Notes: generated from the sequence alone by a model not told the origin. Positions 1 through 8,692 are shown, numbered from the stretch's first letter. The stretch is DNA of 36,593 nt from an uncultured Tannerella sp. (GCA_938036405.1 CALHPT010000370.1:1-36593), one strand, 5' to 3'. Program-made: numbers and translations.

Positions 1-2
1 TC

Positions 3-209
3 GGGCACACGCTCGTGCGCGAGGTCATGGTGCCGCGCACCGACATGGTGACCATTGACGCCGACACTCCCGCACCCTCCGCCCTGCGTCGCGTCGCCAC
101 GCCCCTCCCCGCCGACGCCGTCCTCTACGATCTCGCCGGTCGCCGCGTCGTGCGCCCGCGTCCCGGGCACATCTACCTCCGCGCCGGCCGCAAAGTCCTC
201 GCTCACTGA
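3..209 (+). CDS. 3' end of a gene running in from the window edge; ends in a Bacteroidetes T9SS C-terminal sorting-like tail, while the first ~28 aa look like a CBS/HlyC-CorC fragment (possible chimera)
   Basis: Open frame GHTLVREVMVPRTDMVTIDAD...YDLAGRRVVRPRPGHIYLRAGRKVLAH*. YDLxGRRV...IY...GxKV is the Prevotella-type T9SS CTD pattern. Confidence 0.55.
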   Translation, partial: GHTLVREVMVPRTDMVTIDADTPAPSALRRVATPLPADAVLYDLAGRRVVRPRPGHIYLRAGRKVLAH

Positions 210-355
210 GCGAGGAAGAGGGAAATCATTCACGCCAAGCCCCATAACTTGGCAACACCCGGCGGAAAGCCCCCAAACACTCCCTCACGCTGCTGACAAT
301 CAAATAAATAACGGAAAAACATTTTCATTTTTCACCATTAAATCATCCATGCGCC

Positions 356-784
356 ATGAAAGTCATTGCACTCTTTGGAAAAGGTGGTATCGGTAAGACC
401 ACAACACTGAACCTGCTCAACAACCTCATCAACCCCGATAACCCGATCACGGATGGAAAGGATCACAGACGCACTTTCACCTATAAAGGCAAAACCATAT
501 CCATCACCACTCCCGGAGATAACGAGACAGAAGTCAAGAAGAATATCCAGTATGTCCAAGACAAGAACTGCGACATTTTAGTCACTGCTTCGAGAACAAA
601 GGGGTATGGAAAGGATTGCTTAGAAAAGTTCTCCAAGAATATCCGCTGGATTAAAAAGAATGTCGCAGACCAACAAGAACAAGACCTCGTTAATAAGACG
701 CAGGCTGCCGACCTACAAGCAATAATTGACGATGTGATCAACCAATTAAACGCCAAGGAAGCCTCGGCTTCGCCCACTCCATAA
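356..784 (+). CDS. small stand-alone P-loop NTPase-like hypothetical protein (142 aa)
   Basis: Walker A GKGGIGKT after an N-terminal beta strand (MKVIALF); AT-rich relative to its flanks. Confidence 0.75.
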   Translation: MKVIALFGKGGIGKTTTLNLLNNLINPDNPITDGKDHRRTFTYKGKTISITTPGDNETEVKKNIQYVQDKNCDILVTASRTKGYGKDCLEKFSKNIRWIKKNVADQQEQDLVNKTQAADLQAIIDDVINQLNAKEASASPTP

Positions 785-809
785 GGCAATTATTCCGATA
801 GAAAGGTCA

Positions 810-910
810 TTTTCGGGTACATGACAAGCCGCTCATGTACCCGAAAACGCCAAAACGGGTACATGAGAAACCTATCATGTACCCAAAATCGCCAAAACGG
901 GTACATGAGA
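810..910. repeat. 42-bp period array of GGGTACATGA...TCATGTACCC dyads (about 2.5 units)
   Basis: GGGTACATGA at 815, 857 and 899 with the inverted TCATGTACCC between them. Confidence 0.85.
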
Positions 911-937
911 AGCCCGCCCCCCAAGCCCAATGACACT

Positions 938-1291
938 ATGGAAAGACTCAAAATCTCCACCTCCGTCGGACTTTTCCGCGTGCCCACCGACGATATTGCC
1001 TACATCGAGGCCTCCGGCAACTACTGCGACGTGCATCTCTTCAACGGCGAATCCGTGACGATGACCTTTCAGTTGCACTACTTCGTCGAAGTCCTCGGCA
1101 TGCTGCAACAGAATTTCTTTCTACGCGTGGGCAAAAGCCTGATCGTGAACAAAAATTTCGTTTACGCCATCAACGTCACCAATCAAGAACTGAAACTCAT
1201 GGACTATCGCGCCCACCGCAGTTTCAGACTCAGCGCTTCGAAGGAAGCCCTCAAAGAATTGAAGAGCGTTTTGGAACTCGAACACAAATGA
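938..1291 (+). CDS. stand-alone LytTR-domain transcriptional regulator
   Basis: DIAYIEASGNYCDVHL and FLRVGKSLIVNKNFV match LytTR motifs; no receiver domain. The ATG at 938 is preferred because the 821 extension reads through the repeat. Confidence 0.85.
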   Translation: MERLKISTSVGLFRVPTDDIAYIEASGNYCDVHLFNGESVTMTFQLHYFVEVLGMLQQNFFLRVGKSLIVNKNFVYAINVTNQELKLMDYRAHRSFRLSASKEALKELKSVLELEHK

Positions 1292-2268
1292 CCATGGAAC
1301 ACACCGAAGACAACCACCTCCAAGAGCAGCCCCTCTTCACGATCGAGCACGAAACCGACGACCCCACCGCACAAGCCGTGGGCGAAGCCCCCATCATCAC
1401 CATCGAGCGCTACAATGTGGAGGACGAACGGCAGCTCCCCCCCGCGGTGAAAAAGCGCAGCGCCCTCCAAACGTGGAGCCTCCGCCTCCTGTGGTTCGTT
1501 AGCGCCGCCGTGCTCCTCGTCGGCCTCTACGCCGCCACGCGCCTATACAACTATTATTACAACCTCGGCGTGAGCATCTCCGTCTCGCCCCAGGACAACC
1601 TCCGCAAACTCGACCACATGCGCGTGGAAAACGGCCCCTCGGAAGTGTTACTCAAGCGCGACTCCGTGCTCGGCGTGGCGCTCGACATCTACGAGTGGCA
1701 CAACGTCAAGGCCGAACTCACCCTCGCCGAGCCCGACACCGCCGACCACAACGTGCTCCTCTACACCCGCACCGCCGACTACACCGCCACCGGCGAATAC
1801 ATCGGCTCGTTGGTCGTAGACGGCGAGGAGAAACAGCGCGACGTCTCGCGTCTCGGCTACTGCGCCCTCAAAAACGGGCACGCCGTCATCGGCATCTCGC
1901 GCTTCGACGACCTCCGGCGCGCCATGGTCGACGCCGACGGCTCCTACTTCCGCCAGTTTGTCCTCGTTTCCGACGGCCAACTCCCCACGCGCTTCACCCT
2001 CCACGGCAAAGTGGAGCGCAAAGCCCTCGTTCGCACCGCCGACGACCGCCTTTGCGTCGTCGCCACTCACCACCCCGAAACCCTTTGGAGCTTTGCCGAC
2101 GCCTTGCGCGAATACGGCTACGTCGATGCCATCTATCTCACCGGCGGTAACCAAAGCGGCTTCTACCGCGCCCCCGACGGCACGCCCCATTTCACCGAAG
2201 AAGCCGCTCGCTATCGTACTGACAAGCACCACGGCGTCGCCCCTTGGCTCGTGCTCCGCAAACGATAA
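1288..2268 (+). CDS. single-pass membrane protein with a putative phosphodiester glycosidase (NAGPA/DUF2233)-like outer domain
   Basis: TM segment WSLRLLWFVSAAVLLVGLYAA; C-terminal RKALVR...FADALREYGYVDAIYLTGG resembles the family's R.A.G...A.nLDGG motifs; ATGA overlap with LytTR. Confidence 0.6.
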   Translation: MTMEHTEDNHLQEQPLFTIEHETDDPTAQAVGEAPIITIERYNVEDERQLPPAVKKRSALQTWSLRLLWFVSAAVLLVGLYAATRLYNYYYNLGVSISVSPQDNLRKLDHMRVENGPSEVLLKRDSVLGVALDIYEWHNVKAELTLAEPDTADHNVLLYTRTADYTATGEYIGSLVVDGEEKQRDVSRLGYCALKNGHAVIGISRFDDLRRAMVDADGSYFRQFVLVSDGQLPTRFTLHGKVERKALVRTADDRLCVVATHHPETLWSFADALREYGYVDAIYLTGGNQSGFYRAPDGTPHFTEEAARYRTDKHHGVAPWLVLRKR

Positions 2269-2460
2269 GCCCCAACGCCGCCCGAAAGCGGCCACTGACG
2301 GGCGCACCGACAAGTACCACGGCATCGCCCCTTGGCTCGTACTCCGCAAACAATACCCCCAACGCTGCCCGAAATCACCCACTGACGGGCGCACCGACAA
2401 GCACCACGGCGTCGCACCTTGGCTCGTGCTCCGCAAACGATAAGCCACAACGCTGCCCCG
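2215..2460 (+). repeat. triple tandem copy (87-88 bp) of the 3' end of the preceding gene
   Basis: GACAAG(C/T)ACCACGGC(G/A)TCGC..CTTGGCTCGT.CTCCGCAAAC at 2221, 2309 and 2396. Confidence 0.9.
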
Positions 2461-2474
2461 CAAAACACCACAAA

Positions 2475-2517
2475 GGTTCATCCGACTGCCCCTCGCGCGT
2501 CGGATGAACCCTTTTTT
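2475..2517 (+). terminator. intrinsic terminator
   Basis: GGTTCATCCGAC/GTCGGATGAACC 12-bp stem followed by CTTTTTT. Confidence 0.8.
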
Positions 2518-2727
2518 ATCCCTCGGCCACAGAAGTACTCACCCCATCGTGACCACCAACCCTCACGCGCTGCCCCCACACCCCAAACACCCCCGACGCC
2601 GCCCGAAATCGCGCCCCTTCTCCCTCCTCGAAACCCCACAAAATCACCCATTTGCGCGGCCGGAGAAAGCCGCGAGCGACAATTCATACAGCAAACCCAC
2701 CATTTCATACAACGCCCCTCCAAAAGT

Positions 2728-2758
2728 TTTGCCCCTCACCGGCGCCTACTTACTTTTG
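2728..2758 (+). promoter_or_regulatory. Bacteroidetes sigma-A promoter (-33/-7)
   Basis: TTTG (2728-2731), 19-nt spacer, TACTTTTG (2751-2758), upstream of ATG 2807. Confidence 0.75.
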
Positions 2759-2806
2759 CATTGTCATCAAGACAGCAACGAAATACAAATCAAAAAATAG
2801 AAGACA

Positions 2807-3151
2807 ATGAAAAAAGCAATTTTCGCGCTGATGATGGTTGCAGCAACCTCCACCGCAAGTTTCGCAAAGGTCAACAACACGCAGGCAAAAGCCGTGGTCA
2901 AAGAAGTGGCACAAGCCGTCAAAGACGCACCCGCCGGCACCACCTACGGCGTAGTCGAGGCCAACAAGCAACACATCGTGTTCAACACCCCCTTCGGCCG
3001 CATCACCGTCAACAAAAACGACGACGGCACCTACTCCTGCATGGGCATGAACGCCAAAGTGCTCTCCGCCAAAAACCGCGTCTACAAGATCCAAACCTCC
3101 CTCGGCACCTTCAGCGTCAACACACGCAAGGGCACCGTCACTAAGCACTAA
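2807..3151 (+). CDS. small secreted beta-rich hypothetical protein
   Basis: Signal peptide MKKAIFALMMVAATSTASFA; two similar halves (FNTPFGRITVN / IQTSLGTFSVN). Confidence 0.8.
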   Translation: MKKAIFALMMVAATSTASFAKVNNTQAKAVVKEVAQAVKDAPAGTTYGVVEANKQHIVFNTPFGRITVNKNDDGTYSCMGMNAKVLSAKNRVYKIQTSLGTFSVNTRKGTVTKH

Positions 3152-3181
3152 ACCCACGTCAAACACCCAACGCCCGAAACC

Positions 3182-3829
3182 ATGAAGAAGCTCTTTCTCC
3201 TCTTCGCGCTCCTCATCTCGGCCGTGCAACTGAGTTTTGCCGACTCCGCCCTCACCTCCACCGAGTTCTACAAGGCCTATCTCGACGTGCCCATCGTCAA
3301 AGCCGCCGCCGATCAGCCCAACCACCTCTCCGAAGCGGCCAAGGCCTACCTCTTCGATGAGGCAAATCCCCTCGATGTCAAGCTGGCGCTCATCAACGCC
3401 GTGGGCTGGGAGTTCGAAGGCCTCACCGCCTACAAGGACTACCTCAACTATTGCATCCAACACTTCCCCAAACACAAGTACGGCATCGCCCCCGGCAAGC
3501 GCGTCACGCAGCAAGACGTCTTCAAACACGCCTCACCCGAACAGAAGGCCGTGCTTGTCTACCTCAGTGCGATGAGCAATTACTTCAACACCGCCGCGAT
3601 GAGCAAAATGGTGCGCATGGCCATGACCACACCGCGCACCGACAAACAATCGTTCATGCTCGCCGTCGGACTGGTCAAAGCGCAGATCGCGCTAAACAAC
3701 GACTGGGCAGAGGTCTATCCCACGGTGCATGCCTGCGTCAACAAGCCCCGCATCAAAGACATGCGCCCCGAAGCCATCGACATCGTGATGGAATACATCA
3801 ACGAATACGAAAAATACACCCACAAATAG
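3182..3829 (+). CDS. secreted alpha-helical hypothetical protein
   Basis: Signal peptide MKKLFLLFALLISAVQLSFA; host-like codon use. Confidence 0.8.
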   Translation: MKKLFLLFALLISAVQLSFADSALTSTEFYKAYLDVPIVKAAADQPNHLSEAAKAYLFDEANPLDVKLALINAVGWEFEGLTAYKDYLNYCIQHFPKHKYGIAPGKRVTQQDVFKHASPEQKAVLVYLSAMSNYFNTAAMSKMVRMAMTTPRTDKQSFMLAVGLVKAQIALNNDWAEVYPTVHACVNKPRIKDMRPEAIDIVMEYINEYEKYTHK

Positions 3830-4023
3830 TCATCCCAACCCGTTAACCTTCCCCCTTTTCCGACCCTGAATCTACCACGGAACTCCACTTCCGCGCCGTC
3901 CGACAGCGGTTGGCCACGGCCGCGCAACGAAAACCGCCTCCGCCCACGCGGAGAGCGGCACCCACTCGCCGACGAGCTGAGGGCAAGTTTTCGACGGATT
4001 TCCGCCCCATGATCCCCTTTTTC

Positions 4024-4065
4024 GGTGCATCCCACAGCGCGCGTGCTGTCGGATGCACCTTTTTT
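4024..4065 (+). terminator. intrinsic terminator, related in sequence to the one at 2475
   Basis: GGTGCATCC(C)ACAGC/GCTGT(C)GGATGCACC stem followed by TTTTTT. Confidence 0.7.
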
Positions 4066-4248
4066 CATCGCCCCGCGCCTGCCGATCTGCGAGCACAAGC
4101 CTACCGCCCTCCCCAAAAAGCCCAAGAAAAACGCCAAAACGATGACCGAAATCTCCCAAAATCCACCCCTATTCTCGGCCACGCTCGCTCCGCTGTCCCC
4201 CGCCAAAACTCCACAACTTGCGCACTCGGCGTGAAAAAACGGACTACT

Positions 4249-4282
4249 TTTGGGCCAATTCCAAAATAAAATCCTAACTTTG
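4249..4282 (+). promoter_or_regulatory. putative dnaN promoter
   Basis: TTTG at 4249 and TAACTTTG at 4275-4282. Confidence 0.55.
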
Positions 4283-4455
4283 TCGCAGAGCCACCCGTTT
4301 CCGCTCATTTTTTTCGCGTCGCCTTTGCGCCGAAATCCGCGACGAAGGTGGCCTTGCCGCTGTCCCCGCGCCACCGCTGCGCCGCCGGACGCGCACCCCG
4401 CGCCCCAAAACGCACATCCGCCCTCAGATAGTAGAATATAAGTTTAGCCCACGAT

Positions 4456-5580
4456 ATGAAGTTCGCCATTTCCAGCAGCATCCTTTCGCAGCGTCTCCAG
4501 ACGCTCGGTCGCGTCATCGCGTCGAAAAACAGCATGCCCATCCTGGACAATTTCCTTTTCCAAGTCCACAACAACCAACTCGAGCTCACGGCTTCGGACA
4601 GCGAGCTCACCCTCCACACCACCCTCGAGCTGATCGAGAGCGATGGTCCCATCGACTTCACCGTCAACGCCAAGACCATTCAGGAGGCCATCAAGGAAAT
4701 CCCCGAACAGCCCCTCGAATTCAACGTCGACCCCGACAACCTCGACATCACCATCACCTATCAGAACGGGCACTACAACCTCGTGGGTCAAAACGCCCAG
4801 GAATACCCCCTCACTCCCGAGTTGGACGGCGAAATCTCGACCCTCGGCGCCGATGCCGCGCGCCTTTTCTCGGGCATCAACCGCGCGCTCTTCGCCGCCG
4901 CCGACGATCCCCTCCGCCCCGTGATGAACGGTGTGTTCTTCGACTTCAACGCCGAAGGCCTCGCCGTGGTGGCCTCCGACGGTCGCAAACTTTCGTGCAC
5001 CCGCCTGCTCGACATCCAGACCGACACCCCCGCCTCGTTCATCCTCCACAAGAAGCCGGCCAACATCGTGCGCAACATCTTGCAGAAAGAAGTGGGCGAC
5101 GTCACCATCCGCTTCAACGGTCGCAACGCCGTCATCGCCTCTGAGTGCTACGACCTCTCCTGCCGCTTGATCGAGGGCAAATTCCCCAACTACAACAGCG
5201 TCATTCCCAAGGACAACCCCAACCTCGTCACGCTCAACCGCGCGGCGATGATCTCCGCCCTGCGCCGCGTGCTCATTTTCTCCAACGCCGGCAGCCCCCT
5301 CGTGAAGCTCCACATCGAGTCCGGCCGCATCATCCTCTCCACCCGCGATGCCGACTACGGTCGCGCCGGCGAAGAAGCCGTGGCCTGCCAATATGAAGGC
5401 CACCCGATGAACATCGGCTTCAAAGGCACCCTCCTCATGGAACTGCTCAACAACCTCGAAGGCGACGAAATCGTGGTGCAACTCGCCGATCCCTCGCGCG
5501 CCGGCATCATCGTCCCCGCCGAACAGCAGGACAACGAGCACGTACTCATGCTCCTCATGCCCATGATGCTCAACGAATAA
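4456..5580 (+). CDS. dnaN: DNA polymerase III beta sliding clamp
   Basis: 374 aa; MPILDNFLF, LTASDSE, RPVMNGV, SDGRKL, LIEGKFPNY, LLMPM. Confidence 0.97.
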   Translation: MKFAISSSILSQRLQTLGRVIASKNSMPILDNFLFQVHNNQLELTASDSELTLHTTLELIESDGPIDFTVNAKTIQEAIKEIPEQPLEFNVDPDNLDITITYQNGHYNLVGQNAQEYPLTPELDGEISTLGADAARLFSGINRALFAAADDPLRPVMNGVFFDFNAEGLAVVASDGRKLSCTRLLDIQTDTPASFILHKKPANIVRNILQKEVGDVTIRFNGRNAVIASECYDLSCRLIEGKFPNYNSVIPKDNPNLVTLNRAAMISALRRVLIFSNAGSPLVKLHIESGRIILSTRDADYGRAGEEAVACQYEGHPMNIGFKGTLLMELLNNLEGDEIVVQLADPSRAGIIVPAEQQDNEHVLMLLMPMMLNE

Positions 5581-5669
5581 GCCATCCGCGCGACCAACGG
5601 TAGTCCGCTCGCCGCTCAACGATAGCTCCTGCGCCGCGCGATGAAGGGCGCCCTGCGCGTCCGAACCGC

Positions 5670-5768
5670 ACCTTTCGGCACGAAGCCCCCTGCCTTCTCG
5701 GCAAAAGGCTTCCACTTTCGACAAAAAGCCCTCGGTTTTTGACGAAAAACGGTGCACTTTTCGCCTCC
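5670..5768. repeat. degenerate ~21-22 bp period array (about 4-5 units)
   Basis: CTTTCGGCACGAAG / TTCTCGGCAAAAG / CTTTCGACAAAAAG / TTTTGACGAAAAAC at 20-23 bp spacing. Confidence 0.55.
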
Positions 5769-6176
5769 CTTTTCCACCGTGAAGGCTCCACCCGACGGCC
5801 ACAAGCCGAACGGCATCGGGCACAACACCTCGGCGACACAGCGAAAGCCCACCGCTGACGAGGCGACAACGATCGTGCACACAGCCGAAAGCCGTAGCCA
5901 CTCGGTCGAAAGCCGTGCCACACGCGCTGCCCTACCGCTCCGCGCCCTCCATTCCCCCTCCATTTCCCCCACACACCACGCCGGCCATCAGGACTCTCGA
6001 GTTCGAGGGCCGGCGTGTTGCATTTTCGCCCCGCAGCCGGCGCACGCCGCACCGCCCGTTCGTCAGCGACAGCCCCCTACGGCGCGCCCCACTCCTTATT
6101 TATCTCTCCTCTCGGCTCCCCCTCCCCCCGAGGCAAAGCCCCAAGCGCGCCCTCGTTCGCGCCCCCACCTCGCCCC

Positions 6177-7412
6177 ATGTCCAGCGTCCAACACTCGCCC
6201 CTCGCCGGCCGCCACATCGTGCTCGGCATCACCGGCAGCATCGCCGCCTACAAAGCCTGCACCCTCGTCCGCCTACTCGTGCGCCAAGGCGCCGAAGTGC
6301 AAGTGGTCATCACGCCCGCCGGCAAAGAGTTCGTCACCCCCCTCACCCTCGCCACCCTTTCGCAACGCGCTGTGGTGAGCGAATTTTTCGACCGCCGCGA
6401 CGGCAGTTGGCACAGCCACGTCGATCTCGGTCTGTGGGCCGACGTTTTCGTCATTGCCCCCGCCTCGGCCGCCACGCTCGGCAAGATGGCGCACGGCATC
6501 GCCGACAACATGCTGCTCACCACCTACCTCTCGATGAAGGCCCCCACCTTCGTCGCCCCGGCCATGGACCTCGACATGTATGCGCACCCCGCGACGCAGG
6601 CTAACCTCGATCGCTTGCGCTCCTTCGGCAACAGGATCATCGAGCCGGCCGAGGGCGAGCTGGCCAGCACACTCGTGGGCCGTGGTCGGATGGAGGAGCC
6701 GGAACGCATCATCGATGTGCTCGCGGCTGCACTCAACGACGAGGGCGACCTCACCGGGCGGACCGTCCTCATTACTGCCGGGCCAACCTATGAGAAGATC
6801 GATCCCGTACGCTTCATCGGCAACTATTCCTCGGGTAAGATGGGGTTTGCCCTCGCCGAGGCCTGTGCACGCCGAGGTGCCGAGGTGCGACTCGTAGCCG
6901 GGCCGGTCGCACTGGGCACGATACATCCGCACATCGTCCGTACCGACGTTGAATCGGCCGACGAAATGTATGACGCTGCTACCGCGCTCTTCCCCGAGTG
7001 CGACATCGCCATACTGGCTGCCGCCGTCGCTGATTATAGGCCCCGTACAGCAGCGGAGGCCAAAATCAAACGTGAAGAAACGGGCGACCTCACCCTGCCC
7101 CTCGTCTCCAACCGCGACATAGCCGCCGAACTGGGCCGCCGCAAGCGTCCCGACCAACGCCTCGTGGGCTTCGCACTCGAGACGAACGATGCACGCGCAC
7201 ACGCTGAGGACAAGCTACGGCGTAAACGTCTCGACCTCATTGTCCTCAACTCCCTGCAAGACACGGGCGCTGGCTTCGGCGTCGACACGAACAAGATCAC
7301 CGTGATCGATACCCGCGACAACGCCCGAGATTTCCCGCTCAAGAGCAAGAAAGAGCTGGCCGACGACATCATCGACTGCCTGCTCCCCGTTGTCCCCCCT
7401 AAAAAAGAGTAA
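6177..7412 (+). CDS. coaBC: bifunctional phosphopantothenoylcysteine decarboxylase/ligase
   Basis: GITGSIAAYK, APAMDLDM, ITAGPTYEKIDPVRFIGNYSSGKMG, AAVADY, VGFALET; start ATG at 6177. Confidence 0.96.
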   Translation: MSSVQHSPLAGRHIVLGITGSIAAYKACTLVRLLVRQGAEVQVVITPAGKEFVTPLTLATLSQRAVVSEFFDRRDGSWHSHVDLGLWADVFVIAPASAATLGKMAHGIADNMLLTTYLSMKAPTFVAPAMDLDMYAHPATQANLDRLRSFGNRIIEPAEGELASTLVGRGRMEEPERIIDVLAAALNDEGDLTGRTVLITAGPTYEKIDPVRFIGNYSSGKMGFALAEACARRGAEVRLVAGPVALGTIHPHIVRTDVESADEMYDAATALFPECDIAILAAAVADYRPRTAAEAKIKREETGDLTLPLVSNRDIAAELGRRKRPDQRLVGFALETNDARAHAEDKLRRKRLDLIVLNSLQDTGAGFGVDTNKITVIDTRDNARDFPLKSKKELADDIIDCLLPVVPPKKE

Positions 7413-7415
7413 ACA

Positions 7416-8327
7416 ATGACGAAGCATCGCATCCAACTGGCGCTATTCCTGGTTTTTACCCTCTTCACTGCCGTGGTGGCCCCTGCGCAAGTCTCCGAAT
7501 TGAATGCCCGCCTGACGATCAGTGATAAGATCCAAGGCACGAACAAGGACGTCTTCAAGACCCTTCAAAACGCGCTCAACGAGTTCATCAACAACAGGAA
7601 ATGGACCAACGCGCGATTCGCTCCCAATGAGCGCATCGATTGCACCTTCACGCTCATCGTCAATACGATGGAGGACGACCGTTTTAGCTGTGAACTCCAG
7701 GTGCAAGCCCGCCGCCCCGTCTATAATTCGGCCTACACAACGACGATTCTCAATTTCCGCGACACGAAACTCGATTTCTCTTACACCGAACACGAGCCGC
7801 TTGAGTATAACGAGACGACGCTCCAAAGCAATCTCACCGCCACCATCGTGTTCTATATCTACACCATCCTCGGGATGGATTTCGACAGCTTTTCCCCCAA
7901 AGGCGGCAGCCCATTTCTAAGCCAGGCACAGCAGATTGTCACCCTCGCGCAGTCCGAACCCTCTTGGAACGGCTGGAAGGCCTTCGACAACACAGCCAAT
8001 CGCCATGCCCTCATCACGGCACTCACCGAACCTCAGGGCGGGGGCTTTCGGCAGTTCTGGTACGACTATCACCGCAAGGGGCTCGACGAGATGGCCGCCA
8101 ATCCCGATCGCGGGCGCACGAACATTCTCGCCGCGCTCCCCGCACTGACCGCGCTCAAAAGCGCCCGCCCCACCTCCGTCTTGCTGCAGCTCTTCGCCGA
8201 CACGAAGCTCGACGAGCTGACGGCCATCTATGCCAAGGCGACCACGCAAGAAAAGCAGGAGGGATACAAGCTGCTCTCGAATCTCTTCCCCGGGTCCACC
8301 AACCGTTTCGAGTCGATCCGAAATTGA
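7416..8327 (+). CDS. DUF4835 family secreted protein (linked to T9SS as PorD in some annotations)
   Basis: Signal peptide; ELNAR..., FINNRKWT, ERIDC, YHRKGLD motifs; usual position downstream of coaBC in Bacteroidales. Confidence 0.8.
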   Translation: MTKHRIQLALFLVFTLFTAVVAPAQVSELNARLTISDKIQGTNKDVFKTLQNALNEFINNRKWTNARFAPNERIDCTFTLIVNTMEDDRFSCELQVQARRPVYNSAYTTTILNFRDTKLDFSYTEHEPLEYNETTLQSNLTATIVFYIYTILGMDFDSFSPKGGSPFLSQAQQIVTLAQSEPSWNGWKAFDNTANRHALITALTEPQGGGFRQFWYDYHRKGLDEMAANPDRGRTNILAALPALTALKSARPTSVLLQLFADTKLDELTAIYAKATTQEKQEGYKLLSNLFPGSTNRFESIRN

Positions 8328-8404
8328 CCTCACCTTTTGCACGCCCTCTCGGCAAAGCCCGAAGCCCCCTTCCATCACGCGAGCTCGCCGTAAGCACTCA
8401 CGTG

Positions 8405-8692
8405 AAAATACCCCTCGGAACGTGGTGAAATACCGTTCCGAGGTGGTCGTCGATACGTTCGGAACCTCATTAAATACCGCTTCGAGCACAGTGGAATACC
8501 CCTCGGGGTGGTATGAAATACCTCTCGGGACGTCATAAATACCCCTCCGAACATGGTTATGACCACCTCCGAACGGTATTTAATACCCCTCTGAACGTAT
8601 ATAATTACCCTTCGGGACGTAGTTATAACCACCTCGGAACGGTATTAAATACCCTTCGGAACGTATATAAATACCCCTCGGGACCGTATTAA
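8405..8692. repeat. degenerate 22-bp period array (about 13 units), consensus near AAATACCCCTCGGAACGKTAT
   Basis: AATACC recurs about every 22 bp; AATACCGTTCCGAG is the reverse complement of CTCGGAACGGTATT; lies between convergent genes. Confidence 0.9.

Noticed and set aside
356..784. NifH/ParA/MinD from GKGGIGKT
   Set aside because: Only 142 aa; lacks DxDPQ/CDPK and the NifH cysteine motifs.
821..937. N-terminal extension of LytTR
   Set aside because: It is the translation of the 42-bp palindromic repeat; the domain starts at ATG 938.
2215..2460. DGR template/variable repeat pair
   Set aside because: Differences include non-adenine changes (C/T) and an indel, and no reverse transcriptase or Avd gene is in the window.
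8405..8692. CRISPR array or 85-102 aa ORFs
   Set aside because: The period is 22 bp with no spacers; the ORFs are low-complexity read-throughs of the repeat.
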